64,000 bases of DNA from a virus. Shown piece after piece: positions 1-8,574 of this stretch. A model generated the notes under the pieces. It had not been told where the DNA came from and ran no database searches. It saw only the letters and a list, made by a program, of their open reading frames with translations. The translations under genes were made by a program, and so were the position numbers. The stretch lies in IMG/VR virus record IMGVR_UViG_3300048080_000231. One strand, given 5' to 3'. Within the stretch, counting starts at the first letter, position 1. The number at the start of each line of letters is the position of its first letter.

Positions 1-207
1 TATGCTATTGGTTAGACAGACCGGATTTGGGCTGATACTTAGAATAATAGTCGGTTGCTTGGTAACGCCCATGATCGTTGCACTATCAATATTGCAGCAA
101 TATGCCCTAAATTCGCGCGTTTCTCTTAAAACCGCTTCAAATCTAAAACTTTGACTTCTTGCCTCAATTTTTGCAATTAGCCCTGCCGGTAATGATGGTG
201 TCGGCAT
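1..207 (-). CDS. Partial tail protein (5' part, runs off the left edge)
   Basis: ATG at 207, open frame MPTPSLPAGLIAKIEARSQSFRFEAVLRETREFRAYCCNIDSATIMG... to position 1; lies downstream of tape measure and distal-tail genes. Confidence 0.55.
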   Translation of the reverse strand, partial: MPTPSLPAGLIAKIEARSQSFRFEAVLRETREFRAYCCNIDSATIMGVTKQPTIILSISPNPVCLTNSI

Positions 208-224
208 TTTATATCATATCCAAC

Positions 225-252
225 TTGCTAAAATAAAACATATCTTTATACT
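225..252 (+). promoter_or_regulatory. sigma70-type promoter for the antisense ORF 289-810
   Basis: TTGCTA-N16-TATACT upstream of GAAAGG RBS and ATG 289. Confidence 0.4.
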
Positions 253-288
253 TACCTTACTATACTATACCTAGAGAAAGGTAATCTT

Positions 289-810
289 ATGTCTGATTTT
301 ATTACTCTTAAAAACCTAGCAGCAGAACTTGGAATTGATAAATCAAATCTCCGAAAGTATATCCTAGAAAAGATTGCTGAAGTCCAACTTGTTAAGATAA
401 GAACTCCCGAAACACATAGACAATTAGTATCAGCTTTATCTCTTGAAGATGCTGAGATTGTTAGACAATTTAGGGCAAAATTGGGATTTGCAGCTAATAA
501 AACCTTTGCCATTGAAGATGGTCAAGGCGTTTTTTATGTTATCCAACTTATCCCAGAACTTGACCCGAATCGCATTAAACTTGGTTTTGCCAATAGCATT
601 GAACCCCGATTGCAAGCGCACCGAACCGCCGCCCCTACCGCTAAACTTATTAAGGTTTGGAGCTGTAAAAGAACTTGGGAAATTGCAGCCATGGATAGCG
701 CAACTAGGATTGAGTGCCAATTGATTGCTAATGAAGTTTTTACATGTGATAATCTTGATAATCTTGTTAATCGAATTAACTCCTTTTTTGAACAATTACC
801 TATCCTGTAA
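289..810 (+). CDS. HTH + GIY-YIG/T5orf172-like domain protein (free-standing endonuclease-like insert)
   Basis: N-terminal HTH (TLKNLAAELGIDKSNLRKYI); C-terminal VFYVIQ...IKLGFANSIEPRLQAHRT...NEVF resembles T5orf172/GIY-YIG superfamily; antisense to the tail operon. Confidence 0.6.
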   Translation: MSDFITLKNLAAELGIDKSNLRKYILEKIAEVQLVKIRTPETHRQLVSALSLEDAEIVRQFRAKLGFAANKTFAIEDGQGVFYVIQLIPELDPNRIKLGFANSIEPRLQAHRTAAPTAKLIKVWSCKRTWEIAAMDSATRIECQLIANEVFTCDNLDNLVNRINSFFEQLPIL

Positions 811-1186
811 AAATCTCAAAAGTAACAGTTACGCTATCATAAAATGGTTGCCCGCGCGTACGAGGGGCAATGTTACGAATGATAAAATCCGTATAGGTTA
901 TTGTGCTATAATCCAAATCTTGTCGGGTTGCATCATACGGGTCAGTTTCTAACTCCTGAAGCTGCGCGTTTCCATTTTGCTGACTTGCAAAAAGAGTAGC
1001 TAAATCTTCATAATCGCATCCTTCGAGATTTGTAAAATTCCAAGTATGCAATTTGTAGCCCGAATTGATAGGGATACCATTAAGTCCCGCGGCTATCTCT
1101 TGCTCATTCCAAGCCGTTGAAATAGGATATTCAAAAGTTTTATTCAAGCTGCTTGACCTGATACGATACGTTCCGCCACTAGACAT
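800..1186 (-). CDS. Distal tail (Dit-like) protein
   Basis: 128 aa, beta-rich, directly downstream of and overlapping the tape measure gene; call by synteny. Confidence 0.5.
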   Translation of the reverse strand: MSSGGTYRIRSSSLNKTFEYPISTAWNEQEIAAGLNGIPINSGYKLHTWNFTNLEGCDYEDLATLFASQQNGNAQLQELETDPYDATRQDLDYSTITYTDFIIRNIAPRTRGQPFYDSVTVTFEIFTG

Positions 1187-3653
1187 TTCTTCGTGTCAGC
1201 CTTTCAAGTGAAATTTCAATCGCACTAATCGTTTGCTCAATTGCCGCTTGTACTATGGCTTGCCCGGCTGCATCGCCGCCTGTAATACCAAAACCACCTG
1301 AAATAGCTACATTCAACATTTGGGAAGGAATAATAGGCGTGCTCATTTTATGAGTTGGCAAGATGGTTTCGCCTCCTTCAGCCCGAATAAGTTGAGGCGA
1401 ACCGATAGGGCCGGGAACTACGCCACCCTCTTGGAAAGAAGGAACGCCCAACAATTGCGCTGCTGCCCGACCTGTAGGCGTTGTAGGTGCTGTTGTGGTC
1501 GGTGCGCTGCTTCTTACAATATCCTCTATATTAGCAAATAAATCTTTGAAGTCCGATTCCGTCCTATCCTTGAAACCGCCAAAAATAGCATCTGCTACCC
1601 CTTCAACGCCAAACACTTTTTCCAATTCCGTAGCAATAGCCAAAGCTCCAGCTGCGGTCAGGTCTTTTTGCTCTGCTAAATTACGTCCCAAATCCTCAAG
1701 CTGTCGTTCCTGGTTAATGCGTCTGTCTTCCTCTTGCTCAGCAAAACTCTCAAGCATGGCCTGCCGTTGTTCTGCTTGCGCCGTTTGTTGTTCTAATAAT
1801 TGCTCATCAAAGCCAGTTAGAAGTTCTGCCCGCTGTTCTTCTAAGTTAATCTCTAAATCTTTTCGTTCCTGGTCTAAATTGGCTTTGAGTTCTTCTAATC
1901 GCGCCTGCTGCTCTTGTACTCGACTTTCCGATTGCGCTTGTTCACCCTCTTTTGTCTGTTTTTGCTGTAAGTCAAAGTTTTCTTGCGCTTCCAATTGTTC
2001 AATTGTGTGATTTTCTCTAAGCTGTTGTAAGCCAAGAATATCCCCCTCGGCGCGTAGTCGTTTTTCGTCTAATTGGAATCGTCGTTCCGATTGAGATTGA
2101 GATAATCTAAATTGTTCTGCCTGTTGCGCTAATTGCTTTTGTAGCTGTTTCTGTGCGTCTATCTTTTCCTTATTGGCTCGCTCTTGTTCCTTGGCTATAT
2201 CTTGTTCAGCCTTAGCAATGGCTTTAGCTCTACTCTCTTCATTCTCAGCCAGTTCCGAAAGTCGGTTTTTTTCAAACTTATCTAAGTCTTTTTGCTGCTT
2301 GATAAGCAACTTTTCACGGTCTTTGGCTTGAGTTCTGCCTAGTTTCTCCTGTTGTCTCTCCAATTTTCTAGCTGCATCTTCAGCCGCCCGCGCGAAAGAT
2401 AATTCTAAATCTTCAGCCTGTTTAAGTGAGCTTTGCAAGCCATCTATTAGCTCTTGATTAGTTTCAACAGCTTGAGAATTTTCTTCTATAGCTGCTGTGC
2501 TACTTTTGACTTTATCCTCTGGAAAAGTAATTCCTTGCGTTCTGGCTATGGCCTTAAAGCGTTCATTAAAAGTTTCTCCGGCTGCGTCTGCTGCCTTTTC
2601 AATTGAGCCTGGCTGAAAGAGTTCGGTAAAGTCTATGCCGGTCAAAAGTATATCAGGTCTAAAGGCTTGCAAGCCCTTTTCTCTGATATTTTCTAAGATA
2701 TTAAGGCTTCCTCCTAATTGCTCAAAAAATGCGCCAATGGCCGCCCCACCAGCACCAATAATAGTAATAAGTTGCTGAGCTGTTATGACTGCATCAGAAA
2801 GCAGGCCTCCCATCTCACTTATAGAAGGTAAAACCGCTTCACCAAAAGCAAGTTTAAGATTTTCGCTTTGCGCTGCTAAACGATCAAAATTAGCCGCTGC
2901 TGCTCCTGATTCCTCACCAATCGTAGCTGCTGCTTCCCCAGCCACTTTTAAGGCCGCTTGCATAAATAGCGCGTCTTTTGCACTTTCATCTAATGCGCTT
3001 AGAGCTTCCCCAAATTGAACTTGGGCTAATTGCTCCATTTCGGCTCGAACTTGTTTTGAGGATATACCAAAGTTATCAAGAATGAGAAGCGATTTACGTC
3101 CTAAAGCCGTTGTAAATTGTTCTATAGCTTGAGTAGCATCAAGTCCCATAGCCCGACCGAGTGTAATAGCTGTACTAGTGATTTCCTCAAATTGTTCTGG
3201 CGTCTTTGCCACACCAAGCAAAAGAGCCTGGTTAGCCGCCTGAATAATAGCCGATTCGGATAGTACGCCATTAGAAGCTGTACGCATTGCATCCCGAATA
3301 GCATTGCCCGATTCGCCATATTGCGCCGCCAAATTATTTAAGCCAATGCTTTGTCCATCAAAAGCTGCGGCTGCTTTAGCTAATTCCACCGTCGCTTGTA
3401 GAGTTCGTTGCGAAAATGCGCCAAGCGCAATACCTGCTAAGGTATTGCCAAATTGAGATTGTGATTGAGAAGTTTTCTTCAATTGTTGTTCGTAATCTTT
3501 GGCTGCGCGTGTTATCTGGTCATAGCTTTTAGCCGTATCTTTGAATTGTTGATCAAAAACTGCGCGTTGTTTCTTTTCAATCGCATCTAATTTACGAAGA
3601 TAATCCTGGAAACCTTTTGCTTGGAGATCAACACCGGCTTGCTCTAATGCCAT
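1179..3653 (-). CDS. Tail tape measure protein
   Basis: 824 aa Ala/Gln/Glu-rich helical and coiled-coil protein, TMP-like segment (AITLGRAMGLDATQAIEQFTTALGR), C-terminal FQEGGVVPG motif; follows the tail chaperone. Confidence 0.9.
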   Translation of the reverse strand: MALEQAGVDLQAKGFQDYLRKLDAIEKKQRAVFDQQFKDTAKSYDQITRAAKDYEQQLKKTSQSQSQFGNTLAGIALGAFSQRTLQATVELAKAAAAFDGQSIGLNNLAAQYGESGNAIRDAMRTASNGVLSESAIIQAANQALLLGVAKTPEQFEEITSTAITLGRAMGLDATQAIEQFTTALGRKSLLILDNFGISSKQVRAEMEQLAQVQFGEALSALDESAKDALFMQAALKVAGEAAATIGEESGAAAANFDRLAAQSENLKLAFGEAVLPSISEMGGLLSDAVITAQQLITIIGAGGAAIGAFFEQLGGSLNILENIREKGLQAFRPDILLTGIDFTELFQPGSIEKAADAAGETFNERFKAIARTQGITFPEDKVKSSTAAIEENSQAVETNQELIDGLQSSLKQAEDLELSFARAAEDAARKLERQQEKLGRTQAKDREKLLIKQQKDLDKFEKNRLSELAENEESRAKAIAKAEQDIAKEQERANKEKIDAQKQLQKQLAQQAEQFRLSQSQSERRFQLDEKRLRAEGDILGLQQLRENHTIEQLEAQENFDLQQKQTKEGEQAQSESRVQEQQARLEELKANLDQERKDLEINLEEQRAELLTGFDEQLLEQQTAQAEQRQAMLESFAEQEEDRRINQERQLEDLGRNLAEQKDLTAAGALAIATELEKVFGVEGVADAIFGGFKDRTESDFKDLFANIEDIVRSSAPTTTAPTTPTGRAAAQLLGVPSFQEGGVVPGPIGSPQLIRAEGGETILPTHKMSTPIIPSQMLNVAISGGFGITGGDAAGQAIVQAAIEQTISAIEISLERLTRRNV

Positions 3654-3668
3654 AGTTTGATTAACTCA

Positions 3669-4160
3669 CTATATCTTTGCTGCTTCAATAAGTGCCTGGA
3701 CAAATCGCTTTTTGCGTTTCCGAATGGCTAACACGCTCCACCCTCTAGCTTTTGTACCCGGATGTGGCACTTCAAATTTAGAAACAAATGGCCCAAATGA
3801 ACCACCAGGAAATGAGCCAAAAAAGCCCACTTTTGTCTTTGGAGAATAGCCAGATTGAAAGACTAAATTAGGCTTGCGTTTCGCTCTAATCTTATGTGGT
3901 TTTGTGCCTTCATCTAACCAAACCCACTTATTAACCGCTTTATCCGTTCCCGTAGGCCCAACCAATATACTTGCATCTTTCCCCGAAATATCAACTAAAA
4001 CTTCAAATTTTGGCTTTTCACCTTTCCACGAAGCTGTAGTTTTTTTGAACTCATCGGCAATGGCTTTTCCTTCAGCTTCTAATGTTTTCAATATGTTTTG
4101 TCGTATTTTAGGAGTATTTAATTTCTTAGGGGAAAGTGGCTTATAAAGTTCTGCTACCAT
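3669..4160 (-). CDS. HK97 gp10-like tail completion/neck protein
   Basis: Basic 163 aa protein with LDEGTKPHKIRAK...VPHPGTKAR motif typical of the gp10 family. Confidence 0.7.
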   Translation of the reverse strand: MVAELYKPLSPKKLNTPKIRQNILKTLEAEGKAIADEFKKTTASWKGEKPKFEVLVDISGKDASILVGPTGTDKAVNKWVWLDEGTKPHKIRAKRKPNLVFQSGYSPKTKVGFFGSFPGGSFGPFVSKFEVPHPGTKARGWSVLAIRKRKKRFVQALIEAAKI

Positions 4161-4405
4161 TATTTTTTTATCCTTGTCGTCTCAATAATGGCATTATGTA
4201 TATCCACTTTCGTTTCCACCGTGGCTACTATCCACTCCCGTTGCCATATCGGAAGATTAAACCATTGGCTTAGACATCCCGCCTCATAAGCTGCACTTGC
4301 CTCGCGCCAAAACATAGGATTTTCAGAGACAATAGAGATACTACCACCGCCACTATCTCTGCCTACTCCTATTCGCTTTCTTCCGACTTTAACTCCGAAT
4401 TTTTT
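4160..4405 (-). other. -1 programmed frameshift extension of the tail assembly chaperone (gpGT-like)
   Basis: Slippery A-AAA-AAT at 4405-4399; the -1 frame has TAA just before the slip site, then reads KFGVKVGRKRIG...WQREWIVATVETK...RIKK to a TAA overlapping the ATG of the next gene (4160). Confidence 0.75.
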
Positions 4406-4911
4406 TTAATTTCATCTACATTATTGGCGTTAGTTCCCCCGCCAAGTTCAATCATCGCTAAGTTAATCTGAGTTAAATTTCGCGCATGGGCAAATAAAGA
4501 ATGGTCAAGCCATAACTTCTTACGTAGTATCGGATGCACCGGATAGTTGCCATTTAGAAACATGGCCGCAATTGGAGGAGGTTGGGAAGTGTCAGGATAT
4601 TCAATATCCCGCAAAGCTAATACATATCTGGCTGCTAATCGAATATCTGTAAGTTCATTTTCGTAAGCAGCATAATCCTTTTGCCATTCTTCCCAACCCT
4701 TATCACCTTCCTTCATTACTCTATTTTGGCGTCCACCCGTAGCCAATTTCATTTGTATCATTGGTTGGATTGGCTCAGGTCTATCAGGTCGATAAGTCCA
4801 AATCATTGGCTCTGGCGTATGATAGACGCGCACAGTACCGATACCTTCGAGTTCAACATCCTTGTAGGTTTCTTCTACTTGTTTGGCTAAAGCTAATAAG
4901 TCAATTTTCAT
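4369..4911 (-). CDS. Tail assembly chaperone (gpG-like)
   Basis: 180 aa, between tail tube and TMP, ends at a slippery A8 run. Confidence 0.7.
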   Translation of the reverse strand: MKIDLLALAKQVEETYKDVELEGIGTVRVYHTPEPMIWTYRPDRPEPIQPMIQMKLATGGRQNRVMKEGDKGWEEWQKDYAAYENELTDIRLAARYVLALRDIEYPDTSQPPPIAAMFLNGNYPVHPILRKKLWLDHSLFAHARNLTQINLAMIELGGGTNANNVDEIKKNSELKSEESE

Positions 4912-4947
4912 ATATTCTTATCTCTAAAATTAGTACTAATGGCCTAC

Positions 4948-4976
4948 TTGTAATTTGTTTCAATTTGTGATACAAT
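4948..4976 (+). promoter_or_regulatory. sigma70 promoter of the antisense cassette
   Basis: TTGTAA-N17-TACAAT with TG extension; GAAAGGAAACG RBS before ATG 5018. Confidence 0.6.
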
Positions 4977-5017
4977 GTATCTAAGATTGAAATTAGATTA
5001 CTTGAAAGGAAACGAAA

Positions 5018-5251
5018 ATGGAAACAAAAATCATCGTACAGGAAGAAAAAGAAGGCAAATATGACCGATGGTTTGAGACCATTGGCGAGTACGTGATAAC
5101 CGATTACAAAGTCATCAGGGAAAATATTGAAGGCATCGTAATTGAATTTAGCCGCCCGGAAGATGGTCAAATTACGCGGGCCTTTAAGGACGCCCGCGAC
5201 CGTAGTGAAAGAAAAAACTTTTTTGTTGAACGACGGTATCTTGATGAATAA
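5018..5251 (+). CDS. Hypothetical protein (antisense cassette)
   Basis: 77 aa ORF with own promoter and RBS; stop overlaps the HTH gene. Confidence 0.6.
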   Translation: METKIIVQEEKEGKYDRWFETIGEYVITDYKVIRENIEGIVIEFSRPEDGQITRAFKDARDRSERKNFFVERRYLDE

Positions 5252-5444
5252 TCTCCCCACCCTCATTCGCCAAACCCGCCGCGCTCGAAACCTGACCCAG
5301 CAGCAGGTCGCGGATTACCTCGGTTTCGCTCACCGCTCTCAAGTGAGCAAAATCGAAAAGGGGCAACTTGAATTATCGGCCAAGCATCTGCTAATGCTGG
5401 CTCGGCTGCTGGAAATAGACTTAAATGAGTTAAAAAATTCATAG
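5244..5444 (+). CDS. XRE-family HTH_3 regulator
   Basis: IRQTRRARNLTQQQVADYLGFAHRSQVSKIEKGQ is a classic Cro/XRE HTH; start set at MNNLPT. Confidence 0.85.
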   Translation: MNNLPTLIRQTRRARNLTQQQVADYLGFAHRSQVSKIEKGQLELSAKHLLMLARLLEIDLNELKNS

Positions 5445-5476
5445 TTTTTAGACCTATCTAAATAAAGGAGCATAAG

Positions 5477-5679
5477 ATGTATACAGTATTAGCCAAAGAG
5501 TACCGGGGTAGTGGACGCCCCGAAATGTTCGAGGTTATACCCTCGGATTGGAAAGACATATTAAGCGTCTTATTGAAGGTTTTGGCTATTTCATAATCAA
5601 GCCCTCAGTTGATAAGAACTTTGACCCCTGGACAGAATTTACATATAGAGATAGTGACGGATTTACTCAATGGAAATGA
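5477..5679 (+). pseudogene. Probably frameshifted small gene
   Basis: AAGGAG RBS + MYTVLAKEYRG; at a G run the coding-like frame shifts to WTPRNVRGYTLGLERHIKRLIEGFGYF...WK*. Confidence 0.35.
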
Positions 5680-5707
5680 AATAATTCAAAGCCCCGACTA
5701 TCCCCTC

Positions 5708-5736
5708 AAAGAGCGGACGCCCCTCCGCTCTTTTTT
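5708..5736. terminator. Bidirectional intrinsic terminator
   Basis: aaagagcgga-cgcccc-tccgctctttttt between convergent genes. Confidence 0.8.
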
Positions 5737-5738
5737 AT

Positions 5739-7205
5739 TTATGCGCTATCTCTAAAACTCTCTCCGGTCAGGCTAAAAATCAATCCATTATCTCCAACCC
5801 CATAATAAGCATTTACATCACAACAGGTCAAGGCATTGATACTTTCCGCCCCAGCCGCCGGTGTCGTCACTTTGTTAAATGTATTTCCGCCATCAATACT
5901 TTCATACACCGACCCTAGGCCATTCGCGTCGTTACCAGAAATAAGCACCCGATTACATTCACAGATAGCAATATCACTAATGCCCGCTGCCAAGGTAGTC
6001 AATGCGCTTAAAACCGTAGTCCAAACATCGCCATTATCCTCAGAGCGATAAAGTTCCCCGCCGGCATCGCCTACAAAAACAATATCAGTATTTGGTATAG
6101 CCCTAACCACATTCAAGTTAATTCCCACCGCTGGCCCTGTTACCGCTGCCCAAGTCGAGCCACCATTTGTGGTACGAAGGAAGGCATTACTATTTCCAAC
6201 CGCATACCCTATCTGGCTATCAGCAAAATGGATAGAATTAAGATTTTGCACAGTAAGCGTACCCGCCGTTTGTGTTTCGACTGATGCGCCTTTATCATCG
6301 GAGAAGTAGATATAGCCCCCGTTTGCCGCGAACCAGGCCTTAACATCGGTAAGTACAAAAACATCATTCATCACCTGCGTTGGAGTAGTAACAAGTGTCC
6401 AAGTCGTTCCGCCATCATTGCTATATTGATATTCTGAAGAAGTGGAATTGATAACGATAACCACATCGCCGCTACAAGAAACGCCGCCAAGATTATCAGT
6501 ATCAATAGTCATAGCGTTATCTTGTTCTACCCAAGTCGCGCCAGCATCGGTACTTTTATAGATGCGTGCATCGCCATAAAAGCCAGGTGAGCCATTAGTG
6601 ATAATCCAAAGCGTCTGACATCCTATCGTGTTATCTTCGCATTCACCACAGGTCGGGTCAGGATCGCAGACCGCAATATCATCTACAATCATTCCGGTTA
6701 AGGCAGCGATATTGATGTCAGTCGAGGCAAGCGGTTTAATCGTAAAGACGCCATCCAATTCTGAAGTGGCTTCAACCACGATGTCAACGCCCACATCCGT
6801 TGCATCGTCTGGCGCAATGGCATTTATCACGCCGGCCTGGGTAGTTTCCGTGATACGTACTCCCTCAAGCACATCAATGAAGTCCCAGTTAGTTGGGTCT
6901 TCATCACTGCCACAAGATGAATAAAAAACCAAGATATTGGGAGGGCAAGGTAATTCATCAAGCAGGTTGGATACTTGTCTAAACCATCGGAAGGTAACTG
7001 AAGGGTTATCTGGAATCGCTTGACGGGTTGAGATAACCTTAAATTTATTCTTGCCGGTTCTACACCGGCTTGAGGTAACCGCCCCACGTGGTACGGTCAA
7101 GTCACTGACATCATAACAGCCAAGAAATTCAAAGGGAGATACGCAATCCCTTTGCAACCACAAAGCATTTTTATCACTTGAGTATATTTGACTCGGAGTA
7201 GCCAT
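5739..7205 (-). CDS. Major tail tube protein with C-terminal BNR/Asp-box beta-propeller
   Basis: Position before the chaperone; C-terminal two-thirds has repeated SxDxGxTW motifs (KSTDAGATW, SNDGGTTW, TTNGGSTW, SEDNGDVW, SIDGGNTF). Confidence 0.75.
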   Translation of the reverse strand: MATPSQIYSSDKNALWLQRDCVSPFEFLGCYDVSDLTVPRGAVTSSRCRTGKNKFKVISTRQAIPDNPSVTFRWFRQVSNLLDELPCPPNILVFYSSCGSDEDPTNWDFIDVLEGVRITETTQAGVINAIAPDDATDVGVDIVVEATSELDGVFTIKPLASTDINIAALTGMIVDDIAVCDPDPTCGECEDNTIGCQTLWIITNGSPGFYGDARIYKSTDAGATWVEQDNAMTIDTDNLGGVSCSGDVVIVINSTSSEYQYSNDGGTTWTLVTTPTQVMNDVFVLTDVKAWFAANGGYIYFSDDKGASVETQTAGTLTVQNLNSIHFADSQIGYAVGNSNAFLRTTNGGSTWAAVTGPAVGINLNVVRAIPNTDIVFVGDAGGELYRSEDNGDVWTTVLSALTTLAAGISDIAICECNRVLISGNDANGLGSVYESIDGGNTFNKVTTPAAGAESINALTCCDVNAYYGVGDNGLIFSLTGESFRDSA

Positions 7206-7261
7206 TAGTTTATTTCCTTTTCAACTAAAGTTTATTCTGCCGATTTCGCGCTCTCCGAAAT

Positions 7262-7354
7262 AAAAAGGCTCACCTGATTATCAGATGAGCCTTAAGCGAA
7301 TCTGTGAAACTTTGCGGGTCTTACGACGGGCTTATTTATGTTAATTATAGCACA
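7262..7354 (-). promoter_or_regulatory. Extended -10 late promoter, short leader and intrinsic terminator before the tail tube gene
   Basis: TGTGCTATAAT (7354-7344), AGACCCGC (7321-7314), hairpin aggctcatctg-ataat-caggtgagcct + T5 (7293-7262). Confidence 0.6.
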
Positions 7355-7365
7355 AGATAAAATTA

Positions 7366-8574
7366 TTACCTATATCCTCGTCCCATTTTACCACCTTGTC
7401 CCATCGCAAAACGCTTCACGATTCGCCATGCTTCTAGCGCACCTTGTTTGTATAAATCCCAAGGTAAACTAGCCGCTTCAGGCGTTAGCGGGTCTATATC
7501 TTTCCTGTCTTGCGCCCATCGTGCCTTAGCCGGATCGCAGAAACCGCAAGGAGGTTCGGATAGCAAAGCATTAGTCAATTTGACAATGGCTCGCTCTAAT
7601 TGGCTGTTCATTCGACAATTGCCATGTGTATCAAATGGATAACCCGCGCGATAAGCAACTGTTACCGATTCGGGTGGTATCCAATAAGTTGGCGCAGCCT
7701 CAATATTAGCTGTTCCATTCCAAGTAGCAGTCCGTGGTACAAAAAAGCCACGTTTATTATCTGTAGCATAAGCACAAGCTGTTTGCGTTTTATGTGAACA
7801 AGGAGAAGTGCAAGTGCAAACACCATCCCATCGAACTGTGACTGGTATCTGTTTGTCAATCGTCCGACAATATACATCTACTTGAGAAACAAGATTGGTT
7901 GTGTTGAAGTTTACTTTCCAAGCATCGTTATTAGGACTTCCTTGGCAATCCAATTCGGTTAAAGCCCATAATTCAGGACGCACAAATAGGCTACTTTCCG
8001 CCGTAATGTGCATAGTAGTCCCATCTATGTCAACTTTAATTGGTCGTATTTCCCATCGTGAATCGGCTGCATCTTCTGCCCCGTCAGCTACACGAAAGAA
8101 TACTGCGACTTCGCAAAGCTCATCACAAGCCGGTAAATCAGCGTAGATAGCCGTACCTATGGTAGCCGTTTCCGCCCGACCAAATGGGTCATTATCTTCA
8201 TCGGTATATTGCACCCCGGCATTAGCTTGAAGTAATGTAAGCTCCTCAGTTCCATAACATTCAACTTGCGCCCATTCCGTTCTAACCTCAGCGTTCCACC
8301 AATCACCGCGCACACCGGGCAAGCCAAAGGCGATAAGTTCATTGGTAACAAACTTTGGTGCTTCCCAAAAGCCAAGAGATTTAGCTATCATCTCTTCTGC
8401 TACTTGAATAGTCCAAGCTAAATCATCTCTAGCGTCTTGGTCCCAAATGTCAGAACAACCTTTAACCTCTGGTGCCTGAGTACCATTAAGTTGGTTGAAA
8501 TGGGTTAAAGGAATTCCAAGTAACGTAGAGAAACGATCCAAAGGGAGCAAAGTAACCGTATCAGACCTTGCCAT
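7366..8574 (-). CDS. Head-tail adaptor/connector (large)
   Basis: Adaptor-like motifs (AEEMIAKSLGF; SVTVAYRAGYP...LERAIVKLT), last gene before the tail tube. Confidence 0.65.
   Translation of the reverse strand: MARSDTVTLLPLDRFSTLLGIPLTHFNQLNGTQAPEVKGCSDIWDQDARDDLAWTIQVAEEMIAKSLGFWEAPKFVTNELIAFGLPGVRGDWWNAEVRTEWAQVECYGTEELTLLQANAGVQYTDEDNDPFGRAETATIGTAIYADLPACDELCEVAVFFRVADGAEDAADSRWEIRPIKVDIDGTTMHITAESSLFVRPELWALTELDCQGSPNNDAWKVNFNTTNLVSQVDVYCRTIDKQIPVTVRWDGVCTCTSPCSHKTQTACAYATDNKRGFFVPRTATWNGTANIEAAPTYWIPPESVTVAYRAGYPFDTHGNCRMNSQLERAIVKLTNALLSEPPCGFCDPAKARWAQDRKDIDPLTPEAASLPWDLYKQGALEAWRIVKRFAMGQGGKMGRGYR

Noticed and set aside
7290-7335. c-di-GMP-I riboswitch (GNRA hairpin followed by CGCAAAG)
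   Set aside because: Lacks the GGCAAA 5' segment and the P2 GGxCUAA/receptor elements; better explained as a late leader
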